Below, in pieces: positions 28,885 through 37,842 of a stretch of DNA of 62,569 bases. Numbering within the stretch: position 1 is the first letter of the stretch; each line of letters starts with the position of its first letter. The stretch lies in NCBI GenBank assembly GCA_030550715.1, contig JAUQOU010000007.1:1-62569 (forward strand). Direction: 5' to 3'. The notes under the pieces are model-generated. The model was given only the letters and a program-made list of their open reading frames with translations. It was not told the origin of the DNA and ran no database searches. The translations under genes and the position numbers were made by a program. Source of the DNA: a bacterium (lineage in GTDB: Bacteria; Calescibacteriota; Calescibacteriia; Calescibacteriales; Calescibacteriaceae).

Positions 28885-29923
28885 GGAAAAAAATATCTCT
28901 CAAGTGGTAATAAACTACACTCCGAAAGATTTTGACTCCGGAGAAGAACCAAGGTGGTGTCCCGGTTGTGGAGATTATGCGATACTCAACGCTGTAAGGT
29001 CTGCGTTCGCAGAACTCTCAAAAGAACTTGGAATCCCAAAAGAAAAATTTGTTATAGTTTCTGGAATAGGATGTTCTTCTCGTTTCCCATACTACATGAA
29101 CACATATGGAATGCACGGAATACATGGAAGAGCCCCCGCAATAGCCACAGGAGTCAAAGTGGCAAATCCAGACCTTTCTGTATGGGTCGTCACAGGTGAT
29201 GGAGACGGTCTCGCAATAGGAGGGAACCACCTAATACACGCAATGAGAAGAAACATAGATATAAAGATTCTCCTTTTTGATAACAGAATTTATGGCCTGA
29301 CAAAAGGTCAATACTCCCCAACAAGCGTAATGGGTCAGATCACAAAAAGTTCCCCGTATGGAGTTATAGAAAGACCTGTTGACCCGGTGATGCTCGCTTT
29401 ATCGCAGGGAACTACATTTATCGCAAGAGCAATAGATAGAGACATAAAACGACTCACGGAAATAATCATTGAGGCAGGAAAACACAAAGGGACAGCTTTC
29501 ATTCAGATATATCAAAACTGTGTTGTTTTCAACGACAAGGCATTTGATGATTTTGCTGGCAAAGAAGTGAGAAGCGAAAGAGTTATAGAATTGAAGCATG
29601 GGAAACCTCTTCTCTTTGGCAAAAACCTTGACAAAGGAATAATAATTGAAAACGGAAGACCAAAAGTTGTAAAGATAGGAGAAAATGGTATAACAGAAGA
29701 CAAAATAACGGTCTATGATGAAACCGATTTTTACCTGAACTTCGTAATAGCCACAATGCATTACCCTGATTTTCCAGAACCAATAGGTATAATAAGAAGA
29801 GTAAAAGTTCCAACCTTTGAGGAATTGCTCTACAATCAGATTGAGCATGCGAAAAAACTGAAAGGAGAAGGGAACCTGCAAAAACTCATAGATAAAAACT
29901 CATGGGAAATCCTGCCATCATAA
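28871..29923 (+). CDS. korB: 2-oxoacid (2-oxoglutarate):ferredoxin oxidoreductase, beta (TPP-binding) subunit
   Basis: 'WCPGCGDYAIL', 'SGIGCSSRFPYYMNTYGMHGIHGRAPAIATG' and 'GDGDGLAIGGNH'. Overlaps korA by 14 nt. Confidence 0.9.
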   Translation: MQQLEEKNISQVVINYTPKDFDSGEEPRWCPGCGDYAILNAVRSAFAELSKELGIPKEKFVIVSGIGCSSRFPYYMNTYGMHGIHGRAPAIATGVKVANPDLSVWVVTGDGDGLAIGGNHLIHAMRRNIDIKILLFDNRIYGLTKGQYSPTSVMGQITKSSPYGVIERPVDPVMLALSQGTTFIARAIDRDIKRLTEIIIEAGKHKGTAFIQIYQNCVVFNDKAFDDFAGKEVRSERVIELKHGKPLLFGKNLDKGIIIENGRPKVVKIGENGITEDKITVYDETDFYLNFVIATMHYPDFPEPIGIIRRVKVPTFEELLYNQIEHAKKLKGEGNLQKLIDKNSWEILPS

Positions 29924-29961
29924 AACATTTCTTTCATCAAAATTCTTTCAACTGAAAGAAA

Positions 29962-31554
29962 ATGAGCAGTATCTTTGATTTCGTAGTCATAGGGTCAGGA
30001 CTTGCCGGATTATCATTCGCAATAAGAGCAAGTCAATACGGTTCGGTAGCTCTGATAACAAAAGGAAAAATAGAAGAATCAAACTCATTTTATGCTCAGG
30101 GAGGAATAGCAGCTTCACCGCTTTCAGATGAGGACTCAATAGAAAAACATATTGAAGACACAATAAAAGCGGGAGATGGGCTGTGCAACACAGAAGTGGT
30201 CAGAACTATAATAGAAGAATCAAAACAAGCAATTGAAGAACTGATAAGCTGGAATGTTGAATTTGACAGAGAAGATGGAAAATTCCACCTGACAAGAGAA
30301 GGAGGACACTCAGCAAGAAGGATTCTTCACAAAGGAGATTACACAGGACAAGAAATTCAGACAAAACTCAGCGAAATAGCAAAGAATCAAAAAAACATAT
30401 TCATCTTTGAGGAATTCATGGCAATAGACCTCATAACCAAATTCAAGTTCGTAGGAAGAAAGGGAGGAGAGGTTGAAGATGAATGCTATGGAGCATATAT
30501 TCTCAACAAAAAAACAGGAAACATAGAAACAATCTTCGGGAAATTTGTTATTTTAGCAACAGGTGGAGCAGGAAAAGTATATCTCATAACAACAAATCCT
30601 GATACCGCAACAGGAGACGGAGTCGCGATGGCAAAAAGAGCAGGAGCAAAAATAGCTAATATGGAGTTCTACCAATTCCACCCCACAGTTCTTTATCACC
30701 ACAGAGAAAAAAATTTCCTTATATCAGAAGCAGTAAGAGGAGAAGGAGGAATTCTCAGGAACAAGAACGGAGAACCATTTATGAAAAAGTATCATCCTAT
30801 GGGAGAGCTTGCTCCAAGAGACATAGTAGCAAGAGCAATAGATATGGAGCTAAAAAAATCAGGAGAAGACCATGTATATCTTGACATCTCTCATCTTCCC
30901 AAAGATTTTATAGTAAAGAGGTTTCCAAAAATATATCAAAAGTGTCTTTCACTTGGGATAGATATAACGAAGGAACCCATACCCGTCGCCCCGGGCGCTC
31001 ACTTTATGTGTGGAGGAGTCCTGACGGATTCCTTTGGAGAAACATCTATTTCACGACTTTTTGCTATCGGAGAGGTAGCATATAACGGATTTCACGGAGC
31101 AAACAGATTAGCTTCAAATTCACTTTTAGAGTGCCTTGTTATGTCAAAGAGAGCACTAAAAAAGTGCCTTGAATATCCAAAAAAAATTCATATACCACAG
31201 GAAGATATACCGCCTTGGAAATCAGAAAAAACAATCCCGCAAGATGAAAAAATCTTAATATCTCACACATGGGACGAGATAAGGCGACTTATGTGGAACT
31301 ATGTTGGAATAGTCAGGTCAGAAAAAAGATTGCAGAGAGCATACGAAAGAATAAATATAATAAAAAAAGAAGTCATTGAAGATTACTGGAAGTATTATAT
31401 TTCTGCTGACCTTATAGAACTGAGAAATATCGCCATAACCGCCGATCTTATCATCATTTCTGCAATGCAGAGAAAAGAATCAAGGGGAACCCACTTTAAT
31501 ATAGATTATCCATTCAAAAACGACATTGACTTCAAAAAAGACACAATAATATGA
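29962..31554 (+). CDS. nadB: L-aspartate oxidase
   Basis: 'DFVVIGSGLAGLSFA', 'SNSFYAQGGIAA', 'HIEDTIKAGDGLCN', 'ILATGGAG', 'EFYQFHPT', 'ISEAVRGEGG' and 'HFMCGGV'. Confidence 0.93.
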   Translation: MSSIFDFVVIGSGLAGLSFAIRASQYGSVALITKGKIEESNSFYAQGGIAASPLSDEDSIEKHIEDTIKAGDGLCNTEVVRTIIEESKQAIEELISWNVEFDREDGKFHLTREGGHSARRILHKGDYTGQEIQTKLSEIAKNQKNIFIFEEFMAIDLITKFKFVGRKGGEVEDECYGAYILNKKTGNIETIFGKFVILATGGAGKVYLITTNPDTATGDGVAMAKRAGAKIANMEFYQFHPTVLYHHREKNFLISEAVRGEGGILRNKNGEPFMKKYHPMGELAPRDIVARAIDMELKKSGEDHVYLDISHLPKDFIVKRFPKIYQKCLSLGIDITKEPIPVAPGAHFMCGGVLTDSFGETSISRLFAIGEVAYNGFHGANRLASNSLLECLVMSKRALKKCLEYPKKIHIPQEDIPPWKSEKTIPQDEKILISHTWDEIRRLMWNYVGIVRSEKRLQRAYERINIIKKEVIEDYWKYYISADLIELRNIAITADLIIISAMQRKESRGTHFNIDYPFKNDIDFKKDTII

Positions 31555-31689
31555 TGAAAGATTTATCGGTTTCATTATAAAAGCAAAAATAAAATCCCGC
31601 ACTTTCATTATACATATTGAGTTCCAGACTTCAAATGACTCTAAAATGCTCTTTCGCATGCTAAGATATTACTCAGAAATAAAAAGTTT

Positions 31690-32060
31690 CTTTGATCTCA
31701 CAGTTATACAAAATTGGACTGGAGAAATTTTTGAGTTCAAACATACCGGAGATATTCCTTCTCCCACTTCTTTCAAGAATCCCCGAAGAAAAGAAAACAG
31801 ATGTTGTGAGAGAAGTTGTCTCAAAGCTAAAAAAATCTGTCACAAAAGAAAACTCACAAAATACATTACAATTAGTTGAAAATGAGCAGAAGAAGCGCGA
31901 ATTTCTGAAATCTTTGACATAACAAAAACTCTTTCATATAAAAAAGGGCTGAAAGAAGGTTTATATAAGGCAATAGAGTTAGGCATTGATATAAAATTCG
32001 GTTCAAAAGGAAAAAACTAATGCCGAATATCAAAAATAAACTCAAGCAAAACTCTAAAGG
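31690..32060 (+). pseudogene. Possible relic of the C-terminal half of an Rpn-family / DUF4351-tail putative transposase-nuclease gene
   Basis: Broken frames read 'IGLEKFLSSNIPEIFLLPLLSRIPEEKKTDVVREVVSKLKK' and 'KGLKEGLYKAIELGIDIKFGSKGKK(L)MPNIKNKL'. They recall the '...GLLPLLPL..' and '(E)GLLEGIELGLELKFGE.G..L.PEI' tail of Rpn/DUF4351 proteins. No intact ORF. Identification rests on memory of the motif only. Confidence 0.35.
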
Positions 32061-32173
32061 AAAAGCAAAATAATAATCAGAAATAGATAATGCAATCAGG
32101 TAAAGAACAAAAACAGAAAGTCAATACTGTCAGCAAATTTTTGCTCTCCCGCTAACATAATAAAAATTTTGGT

Positions 32174-32821
32174 ATGAAAAAAGACAGATTAGAAAGAGTT
32201 GAAAGATTAATAGAGCAAATTGCCATTGAGATAAGAGAACTCAAAGAATCTCAAAAGAAAACCGATGAACAGCTGAGAAAAACCGATGCTGAAATAAGGG
32301 AATTCAGAGAATTACAGAGAGAAGCTTTCAAAAAAACAGATAAGCAGATAGAAGAAACAAGCAGATTAGTCGCTCGTCTTACCGATAGCTGGGGGAGATT
32401 CGTTGAAGGTATGGTCTCTCCTTCTGTTGCGGAGTTCATAAGAAAAAAAGGTTTTAGAGATATTAAGGTCTATCACCGTCTCAAAGTTTCAAAAGACGGC
32501 AAAAATGCCGAATATGATACAATTGTAGAATCACCTTCTGCAAAGCTTGTAGTTCTTGCATCAGCAAAATCGCACGTGAGCTCTCGTGATGTTGATGAGC
32601 TTTTGAGAGATATGGAGAAATTTGAGTTTTTTATGGGTGATAAATTCAAGGGCTACACTCTTTTAGGAGCAATAGCAGGAATGAGCTTTGGCAGAGGTGC
32701 AGACACATACGCAAAAAGAAAAGGAATAATAGTCTTCAAAGTATCAGGAGATGTTACGCACGCAGAAGAACCTAAAAGATTAAAACAAATAAAAATATTA
32801 AATACTTACCAAAAAACATGA
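32174..32821 (+). CDS. Coiled-coil (DUF3782-like) N-terminus fused to a PD-(D/E)XK-like restriction-endonuclease-fold domain; hypothetical
   Basis: N-terminus is a charged coiled coil (LERVERLIEQIAIEIRELKESQKKTDEQLRKTDAEIREF..). The C-terminus 'AEYDTIVESPSAKLVVLASAKSHVSSRDVDEL...KRKGIIVF' follows the E.D...(hydrophobic strand)..(E/A).K pattern of the family; the usual Glu appears replaced. A paralogue sits at 62215..62569. Confidence 0.45.
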   Translation: MKKDRLERVERLIEQIAIEIRELKESQKKTDEQLRKTDAEIREFRELQREAFKKTDKQIEETSRLVARLTDSWGRFVEGMVSPSVAEFIRKKGFRDIKVYHRLKVSKDGKNAEYDTIVESPSAKLVVLASAKSHVSSRDVDELLRDMEKFEFFMGDKFKGYTLLGAIAGMSFGRGADTYAKRKGIIVFKVSGDVTHAEEPKRLKQIKILNTYQKT

Positions 32822-32962
32822 CAAAGAAAAAATCAACGAAAATTCAAAAATTTGCAAAAAATTAAAGTTTTCACTTTTTCAACAAAAATAAAAATTTGTA
32901 ATTATTATACAAAAAATAAACCAAAAACAAAAAATAAAAGGGTAAAAAATTATGTTTCATTA

Positions 32963-32988
32963 CACACACACACACACACACACACACA
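32963..32988. repeat. Perfect (CA)13 dinucleotide microsatellite
   Basis: Read directly: 'tta(ca)13atcat'. It ends 18 nt upstream of the candidate -35 hexamer of the P460/MCP promoter. Confidence 0.98.
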
Positions 32989-33006
32989 ATCATAAGGAAT
33001 TTTTAA

Positions 33007-33034
33007 TTGTTTGCTTCCTTGCGAAATTTATAAT
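33007..33034 (+). promoter_or_regulatory. Candidate sigma70-type promoter TTGTTT-N16-TATAAT for the P460/MCP gene pair
   Basis: TTGTTT at 33007-33012, a 16-nt spacer, and TATAAT at 33029-33034, about 40 nt upstream of the GGAGGTG RBS. AT-rich background makes chance hexamers likely. Confidence 0.3.
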
Positions 33035-33075
33035 ATTTCAAAATCTCAAAAAAGAAAAAGGAGGTGAAAAGAGTT

Positions 33076-33573
33076 ATGAATAAAAAAATCATGTCTTGGC
33101 TTGTGCTTTTTTTATTGCTTGTCTCGTTTTATCTTGTGGCTTACTCACAGGAAAAAGTTCCATTCCCGGAAAACTATGAAAAGCTAATCAAGGTAGAAGA
33201 AGGAGAGATAGTAAAAGGTAATCCACTATTTATGATTATTCCAGGACTTCACAGAACTTACCTTAACGATATTGCTTATGAGCACTTCAAAAAATATATA
33301 GCAGATTATAAAGCAGGCAAAGAAGTCCCGCCTTTCCCCGAAGGTTCTTATGTTGTTCTCGTAAATTATGAAGATAAAGAAGGCAAAAAACCGCGCCTTT
33401 TTGTTGTTATGCACAAGAAAAAAGAATACGGTCAAACAGGGGGTTGGGGATGGGAGGGATTCAAACCTAACGGAGAAAGAACGGTAAGAAATCCAGATAA
33501 AGATTGTGCTAATTGTCATTACAAAAGTGCAAAAGATTGGGATGGAACTTTCTTTTCCCACTATAAACCGTGA
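33076..33573 (+). CDS. Periplasmic cytochrome P460-family haem protein
   Basis: Signal peptide (MNKKIMSWLVLFLLLVSFYLVAYS). 'HRTYLNDIAYEHF', 'FPEGSYVV', 'FVVMHKKKEYGQTGGWGWEGF' and the C-terminal haem motif 'CANCHY...DWDGTFFSHY' match the P460/cytochrome c'-beta family layout. I prefer ATG 33076 (GGAGGTG 10 nt upstream) to the track's GTG 33064. Confidence 0.75.
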   Translation: MNKKIMSWLVLFLLLVSFYLVAYSQEKVPFPENYEKLIKVEEGEIVKGNPLFMIIPGLHRTYLNDIAYEHFKKYIADYKAGKEVPPFPEGSYVVLVNYEDKEGKKPRLFVVMHKKKEYGQTGGWGWEGFKPNGERTVRNPDKDCANCHYKSAKDWDGTFFSHYKP

Positions 33574-33590
33574 TCTGAAAATCTGAAAAG

Positions 33591-34064
33591 ATGAAATTTA
33601 GGGCAAAAATATCTCTTTTGATTTTTGGAGCAGTAATAGGAACTTCTTTTCCCATCTCTATTTTTTCCTACATAAGAGAAAAGAGAAATCTTTACAATAT
33701 TCTTTATTCACAATCTTTGCTTACTTCTTTTGCTTTATCTTCACCTTTGCAATTTGAGTCAAAAGATGGAGTTTTAGATGTAATTGAAAGTCAAGTTTCG
33801 CAAATTGAAAATTTTTCATTTGCAATTGTTTTTGACAGGGATGGAAAGGAGTTCGTTCGCTATCCTGATGGAGCACCTTCAATTGAGCTTCCCGACAAGC
33901 CCGAAAACTTGCACAGCGGTAAAATAATATCCTATAAAGGGGGGCTTTTAGTTTTTAGCCCGGTTTACTCATCAGATGGCTCTGAGCTGTTAGGAGTATC
34001 TGCTATTTCTATATCAAACAAAGCGTTAAGGAATTTTCTTTTAGAAATTCTTTTATTTTTTTGA
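33591..34064 (+). CDS. Methyl-accepting chemotaxis protein, N-terminal fragment (TM1, periplasmic sensor domain, first half of TM2)
   Basis: TM1 '[22 protein letters not shown]', an extracytoplasmic domain of about 110 aa, then 'FLLEILLFF*' terminating inside a hydrophobic helix at a T7 run. Confidence 0.8.
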   Translation: MKFRAKISLLIFGAVIGTSFPISIFSYIREKRNLYNILYSQSLLTSFALSSPLQFESKDGVLDVIESQVSQIENFSFAIVFDRDGKEFVRYPDGAPSIELPDKPENLHSGKIISYKGGLLVFSPVYSSDGSELLGVSAISISNKALRNFLLEILLFF

Positions 34065-35092
34065 TAACATCAGGCGTTTTGCTAATTGCGAACTTCATTT
34101 TAGGTTTAATTCTGGAAAATCTCAAAAAGACAGAAGAATCAATAAGAAGTTTGGGTGAAGGAAGATTGAATACCTTTGAGGTGGTGGGGAAAGATGAGTT
34201 TCGTGATATTTCTGAAATATGGAATTATGTTATAAGAAAAATAAAAGGTACAGTTGAGATTATTCATCAAACAGTAATGAAGTTATCGGTAAGTTCTGAT
34301 CAACTCGCATCATCTTCTTCTGAGCTTTCTCAATCCGTCAATGAAATCTTTTCTAATATTACGTCTATATCAAATGCTGTTGAGGAGTTTTCAGAAGTTA
34401 TAAATGAAATGCTGAGAAGGATTCAGAGCATATCAGAAAGAGCAGAAAATGTTTTTTCAATATCTTCTGGTATAAAGTCAAATTCAGAGGGAATATCAAA
34501 ACTTATATCTGAGTTTTCACATAGGTTAGTCGCTCTTGTTGAGAATTTCAAGGTTTTTGAGAGGGACATTGATGAGATAAAGAGAATAGTAGAGGTTATA
34601 GAGGATATATCAGACCAGACGAATCTTCTTTCTTTGAATGCGGCGATAGAGGCGGCAAGAGCTGGGGATGCAGGGAAAGGTTTTCAGGTTGTAGCGGGGG
34701 AAGTCAAAAAACTTGCGGAAAGAACTTCGGAAGAACTTAAAAAAATAAATTCGCTCGTCATTTCAACCACGTCAGCTTACAATGAAATAAAGCAATACAT
34801 TATGAAAATATCAAGTGAATTTGAGGGTATAAATAAAAAGGTTTTGAATTTATCTTCTGAAATATCAGTAATACAGGAACACTCAAAAGGTAATAGAGAT
34901 AATGCGGTTTCTATTGCATCTGCTTTTGAGGAGCAAACAAGAACTATAGAAGAGATTTCAAGAAGGATTCAATCTTTGGTTCAAGCGACTCATCAGCTGA
35001 AAGGTCTGGCAGATAACTTATTGCAGGTTGCGCAGGAAATAAAAGGGCTTGGTGAGGAACTTAAATCTACTGTTTCATTCTTTAAAACTTAA
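34061..35092 (+). CDS. Methyl-accepting chemotaxis protein, C-terminal fragment (second half of TM2, HAMP, signalling domain)
   Basis: '[17 protein letters not shown]' (TM), HAMP-like '[30 protein letters not shown]', and the canonical MCP hairpin '[38 protein letters not shown]'. The frame is offset so that one extra T in the T7 run fuses it to 33591..34064. Confidence 0.9.
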   Translation: MITSGVLLIANFILGLILENLKKTEESIRSLGEGRLNTFEVVGKDEFRDISEIWNYVIRKIKGTVEIIHQTVMKLSVSSDQLASSSSELSQSVNEIFSNITSISNAVEEFSEVINEMLRRIQSISERAENVFSISSGIKSNSEGISKLISEFSHRLVALVENFKVFERDIDEIKRIVEVIEDISDQTNLLSLNAAIEAARAGDAGKGFQVVAGEVKKLAERTSEELKKINSLVISTTSAYNEIKQYIMKISSEFEGINKKVLNLSSEISVIQEHSKGNRDNAVSIASAFEEQTRTIEEISRRIQSLVQATHQLKGLADNLLQVAQEIKGLGEELKSTVSFFKT

Positions 35093-35155
35093 CATCTCAA
35101 AATATATCCCGAAGGATAATTCAAGATCAAAAGCGAAAGAGAAAGCGCTCAAAAA

Positions 35156-36232
35156 TCAGTTGCCCGTTATGCATGTTTTGAGAACATTTCCGACATATAT
35201 CATATCTCCTTCGGTGTAGTATCCCATATGAGCTATCCTTATGATCTTTCCTTTGAGTTTATCTTGACCACCTGCTACCCATGCTCCAAGTTCTCTCATC
35301 TTCTTCCTTATCTCCTCTGCATTATCTATTTCTATTGTTGTAAGCCCTGGGGCTGGTCTTTTTGCGAAAATCTTTAATCCTAATCCCTCAACCATATTAC
35401 GCAAAATTGATGCAAGTTTCTTGTGCCTTGCAAAAACATTCTCTAAACCCTCCTCATCAACTATCATACGCAAAGATTCTCTCAACCCTTTTATAAGAGA
35501 TATTGCAGGAGTATAAGCTGTCTCCCCTTCCCTCTGCGCTTTCATCTCCCTCTTTATGTTGAAATAGAACTTTGGAAGGTCTGACTTTTCCATAAATTTG
35601 AGAGCTCTTTCAGAAGCCGAAATCATAGAAAGCCCAGGAGGAAGCATAAGAGCTTTTTGGGAACCTGTGAGCAAAATATCCACTCCCCAACCATCCATAT
35701 CCACATCAAAAACCCCAACAGCAGTGATACCATCAACAACGAAAAGAGTATCATCTCCTCTCGTCTCTCTTATTATTTTTGCGATCTCCTTTATCGGATG
35801 CTCAACACCTGTTGAGGTTTCACATCCTTGAATAAAAACGCCCTTTACATTTCCATTTTTCTCCAAAGCTTTTTTCACATCATCAGGTTCAACTGCATAC
35901 CCCCACTCAACCTTTATCTCATCAACATCAAGTCCATATGTTTTGCATATCTGTGTCCATCTTTCACCAAACTTTCCACCATTCACAACGATAACCTTAT
36001 CACCTTTGCAGAAGAAGTTCGCAACAGCCGCTTCCATGGCTCCTGTTCCAGATGAGGCAAAAACAATTACATCTTGCTTTGTTTTAAAAAGTTTTTTCAG
36101 CTTCTCTCTCACTTCAAAAAATATCTCCCTGAAATCCTGGCTTCTGTGATGTATTATTGGTTCTGAAAGCGCTTTGAGAACTCTTGGAGGAACCTCAGCA
36201 GGACCTGGAGTAAAAAGTGTGAACTTTTTCAT
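35156..36232 (-). CDS. Class V PLP-dependent aminotransferase (serine-pyruvate / alanine-glyoxylate aminotransferase family)
   Basis: 'LFTPGPAEVPPRVL', 'SGTGAMEAAVAN', 'FVVDGITAVG' and 'LLTGSQKALMLPPGLS' (PLP lysine). Confidence 0.85.
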   Translation of the reverse strand: MKKFTLFTPGPAEVPPRVLKALSEPIIHHRSQDFREIFFEVREKLKKLFKTKQDVIVFASSGTGAMEAAVANFFCKGDKVIVVNGGKFGERWTQICKTYGLDVDEIKVEWGYAVEPDDVKKALEKNGNVKGVFIQGCETSTGVEHPIKEIAKIIRETRGDDTLFVVDGITAVGVFDVDMDGWGVDILLTGSQKALMLPPGLSMISASERALKFMEKSDLPKFYFNIKREMKAQREGETAYTPAISLIKGLRESLRMIVDEEGLENVFARHKKLASILRNMVEGLGLKIFAKRPAPGLTTIEIDNAEEIRKKMRELGAWVAGGQDKLKGKIIRIAHMGYYTEGDMIYVGNVLKTCITGN

Positions 36233-36281
36233 AAAGTCAATTTTGAGAATTTTCGGTTCGGAAAGAATTTTTTCTGTTTTT

Positions 36282-37778
36282 TTAAATTAGGTCTTGTGGT
36301 ATTTTTCCCGCACAGCCAGATATTTTCTCAACACACTTTGCAACATACAGGACAGAAACTTCATCAAATTGTTTTCCTATTATCTGTAATCCGACTGGCA
36401 GGGGCTTTCCGTTTTCTTCAACGAATCCAGCAGGAACAGAAATAGCCGGAAGTCCAGCTAAACTTGATGGAATCGTAAAAACATCAGAAAGATACATCTT
36501 CAAAGGGTCTTGTGATTTTTCCCCGAGCTTGAACGGAAGTTCGGGCGAAGTTGGACAAATAACGACATCAACTTTTCTAAATATCTCGTCAAAATCTCTT
36601 CTCAAAAGAGTTATAGCTTTTTGAGCTTTCAGGTAGTACGCGTCGTAGTATCCAGATGAAAGAACAAAAGTTCCGATAAAAATTCTTCTTTTCACCTCAT
36701 CTCCAAAGCGGTTTGTTCTTGTTCTAACATACATTTCAGATAGTTCTTGCGAATCTTCTCTTACACCATATTTTACTCCATCGTAGCGTGCAAGGTTTGA
36801 AGACGCCTCAGCAGGAGCTATTATGTAGTATATCGGAACAGCATATTTAGAAGTCGGAAGAGAAACATATTCTAATTCAAACCCAAATTCTCTGCCTAAC
36901 CTATTTGCAACCGAAACGATAACATCTTTTACTCTTTTATCTACACCCTCAGCTTCAACAAAATCTTTTATAACACCAACTTTCACCTTGTGGTTTTTCT
37001 CTTCAAGAACAGATATTTCTTTTGAATAATCAGGGACAGGAACATCTGGACAGGTAGAGTCAAGTTCATCGTATCCAGCTATGTGATATAAAATATCTGC
37101 AACATCATCAACATATAGTGCAAACGGACCTATTCTATCAAGAGATGATGCGAAGGCAACGAGTCCAAACCGTGAGACCCTTCCATAAGTCGGACAGAGT
37201 CCGACTATACCGCAAAACCCCGCCGGTTGTCTTATTGAACCGCCTGTATCTGAACCGAGAGATAATCTTACCATAAGAGAAGCAACCGCAGATGCCGAAC
37301 CACCAGAAGAACCACCGGGAACCCTATCTAAATCCCACGGATTTTTTGTCGGAAAGAAAGCTGAATTTTCTGTTGAAGAACCCATTGCAAACTCATCTAA
37401 ATTTGTCTTACCTATTATTATCCCACCTGCTTCCTTTATTCTCTTTATAACCGTGGCATCATAGGGAGGTATCCAGTTTTCAAGTATTTTTGAACCGCAG
37501 GTCGTTCTTATCTTGTATGTTGCTATGTTATCTTTTATGGCAATTGGTATCCCTGCGATTTTTGAATTTTGAAGTTCTCCCGAGTTTATCTTTTTCTGGA
37601 TTTCCTCTGCTTGTAAAATAGCTTCTTTCTCACAGACATATAAAAAAGCATTCAACTTTGAATCAATTTTTTTTATTCTGTCAAGAAAAAATTCAACAAC
37701 TTCTTTCACACTTAACTCTTTTTTCTTTACCAGATGAGAAATCTCATATACTCTCTTTTTCAAAAATATCTCAAGCAT
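36282..37778 (-). CDS. gatA: Glutamyl/aspartyl-tRNA amidotransferase subunit A
   Basis: Amidase signature 'GGSSGGSASAVAS', 'GSDTGGSIRQPA', 'PIAIKDNI' and 'GLPAISVPAGF'. I prefer ATG 37778 to the track's TTG 37811. Confidence 0.92.
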   Translation of the reverse strand: MLEIFLKKRVYEISHLVKKKELSVKEVVEFFLDRIKKIDSKLNAFLYVCEKEAILQAEEIQKKINSGELQNSKIAGIPIAIKDNIATYKIRTTCGSKILENWIPPYDATVIKRIKEAGGIIIGKTNLDEFAMGSSTENSAFFPTKNPWDLDRVPGGSSGGSASAVASLMVRLSLGSDTGGSIRQPAGFCGIVGLCPTYGRVSRFGLVAFASSLDRIGPFALYVDDVADILYHIAGYDELDSTCPDVPVPDYSKEISVLEEKNHKVKVGVIKDFVEAEGVDKRVKDVIVSVANRLGREFGFELEYVSLPTSKYAVPIYYIIAPAEASSNLARYDGVKYGVREDSQELSEMYVRTRTNRFGDEVKRRIFIGTFVLSSGYYDAYYLKAQKAITLLRRDFDEIFRKVDVVICPTSPELPFKLGEKSQDPLKMYLSDVFTIPSSLAGLPAISVPAGFVEENGKPLPVGLQIIGKQFDEVSVLYVAKCVEKISGCAGKIPQDLI

Positions 37779-37842
37779 AGTTTTTTGCAAAAGTAAATTT
37801 CTTTCAGACAAAAATTTCTTATAGCTATTTTAAGGTAATGTA

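Noticed and set aside
31646-31922. Two overlapping ~77-aa ORFs after nadB as real genes.
   Set aside because: They have no RBS and mutually exclusive frames. The sequence looks like fragments of a decayed Rpn/DUF4351-type gene, so it is treated as a pseudogene relic.
34053-34064. Canonical programmed -1 ribosomal frameshift site for the split MCP.
   Set aside because: The zero-frame context is A-TTT-TTT-TGA. The P-site codon would re-pair as AUU (imperfect X XXY YYZ), and I see no convincing downstream stem-loop or pseudoknot. Slippage remains possible, but a mutation or sequencing error at the T7 run is the more economical reading. It is reported as a finding with all alternatives open.
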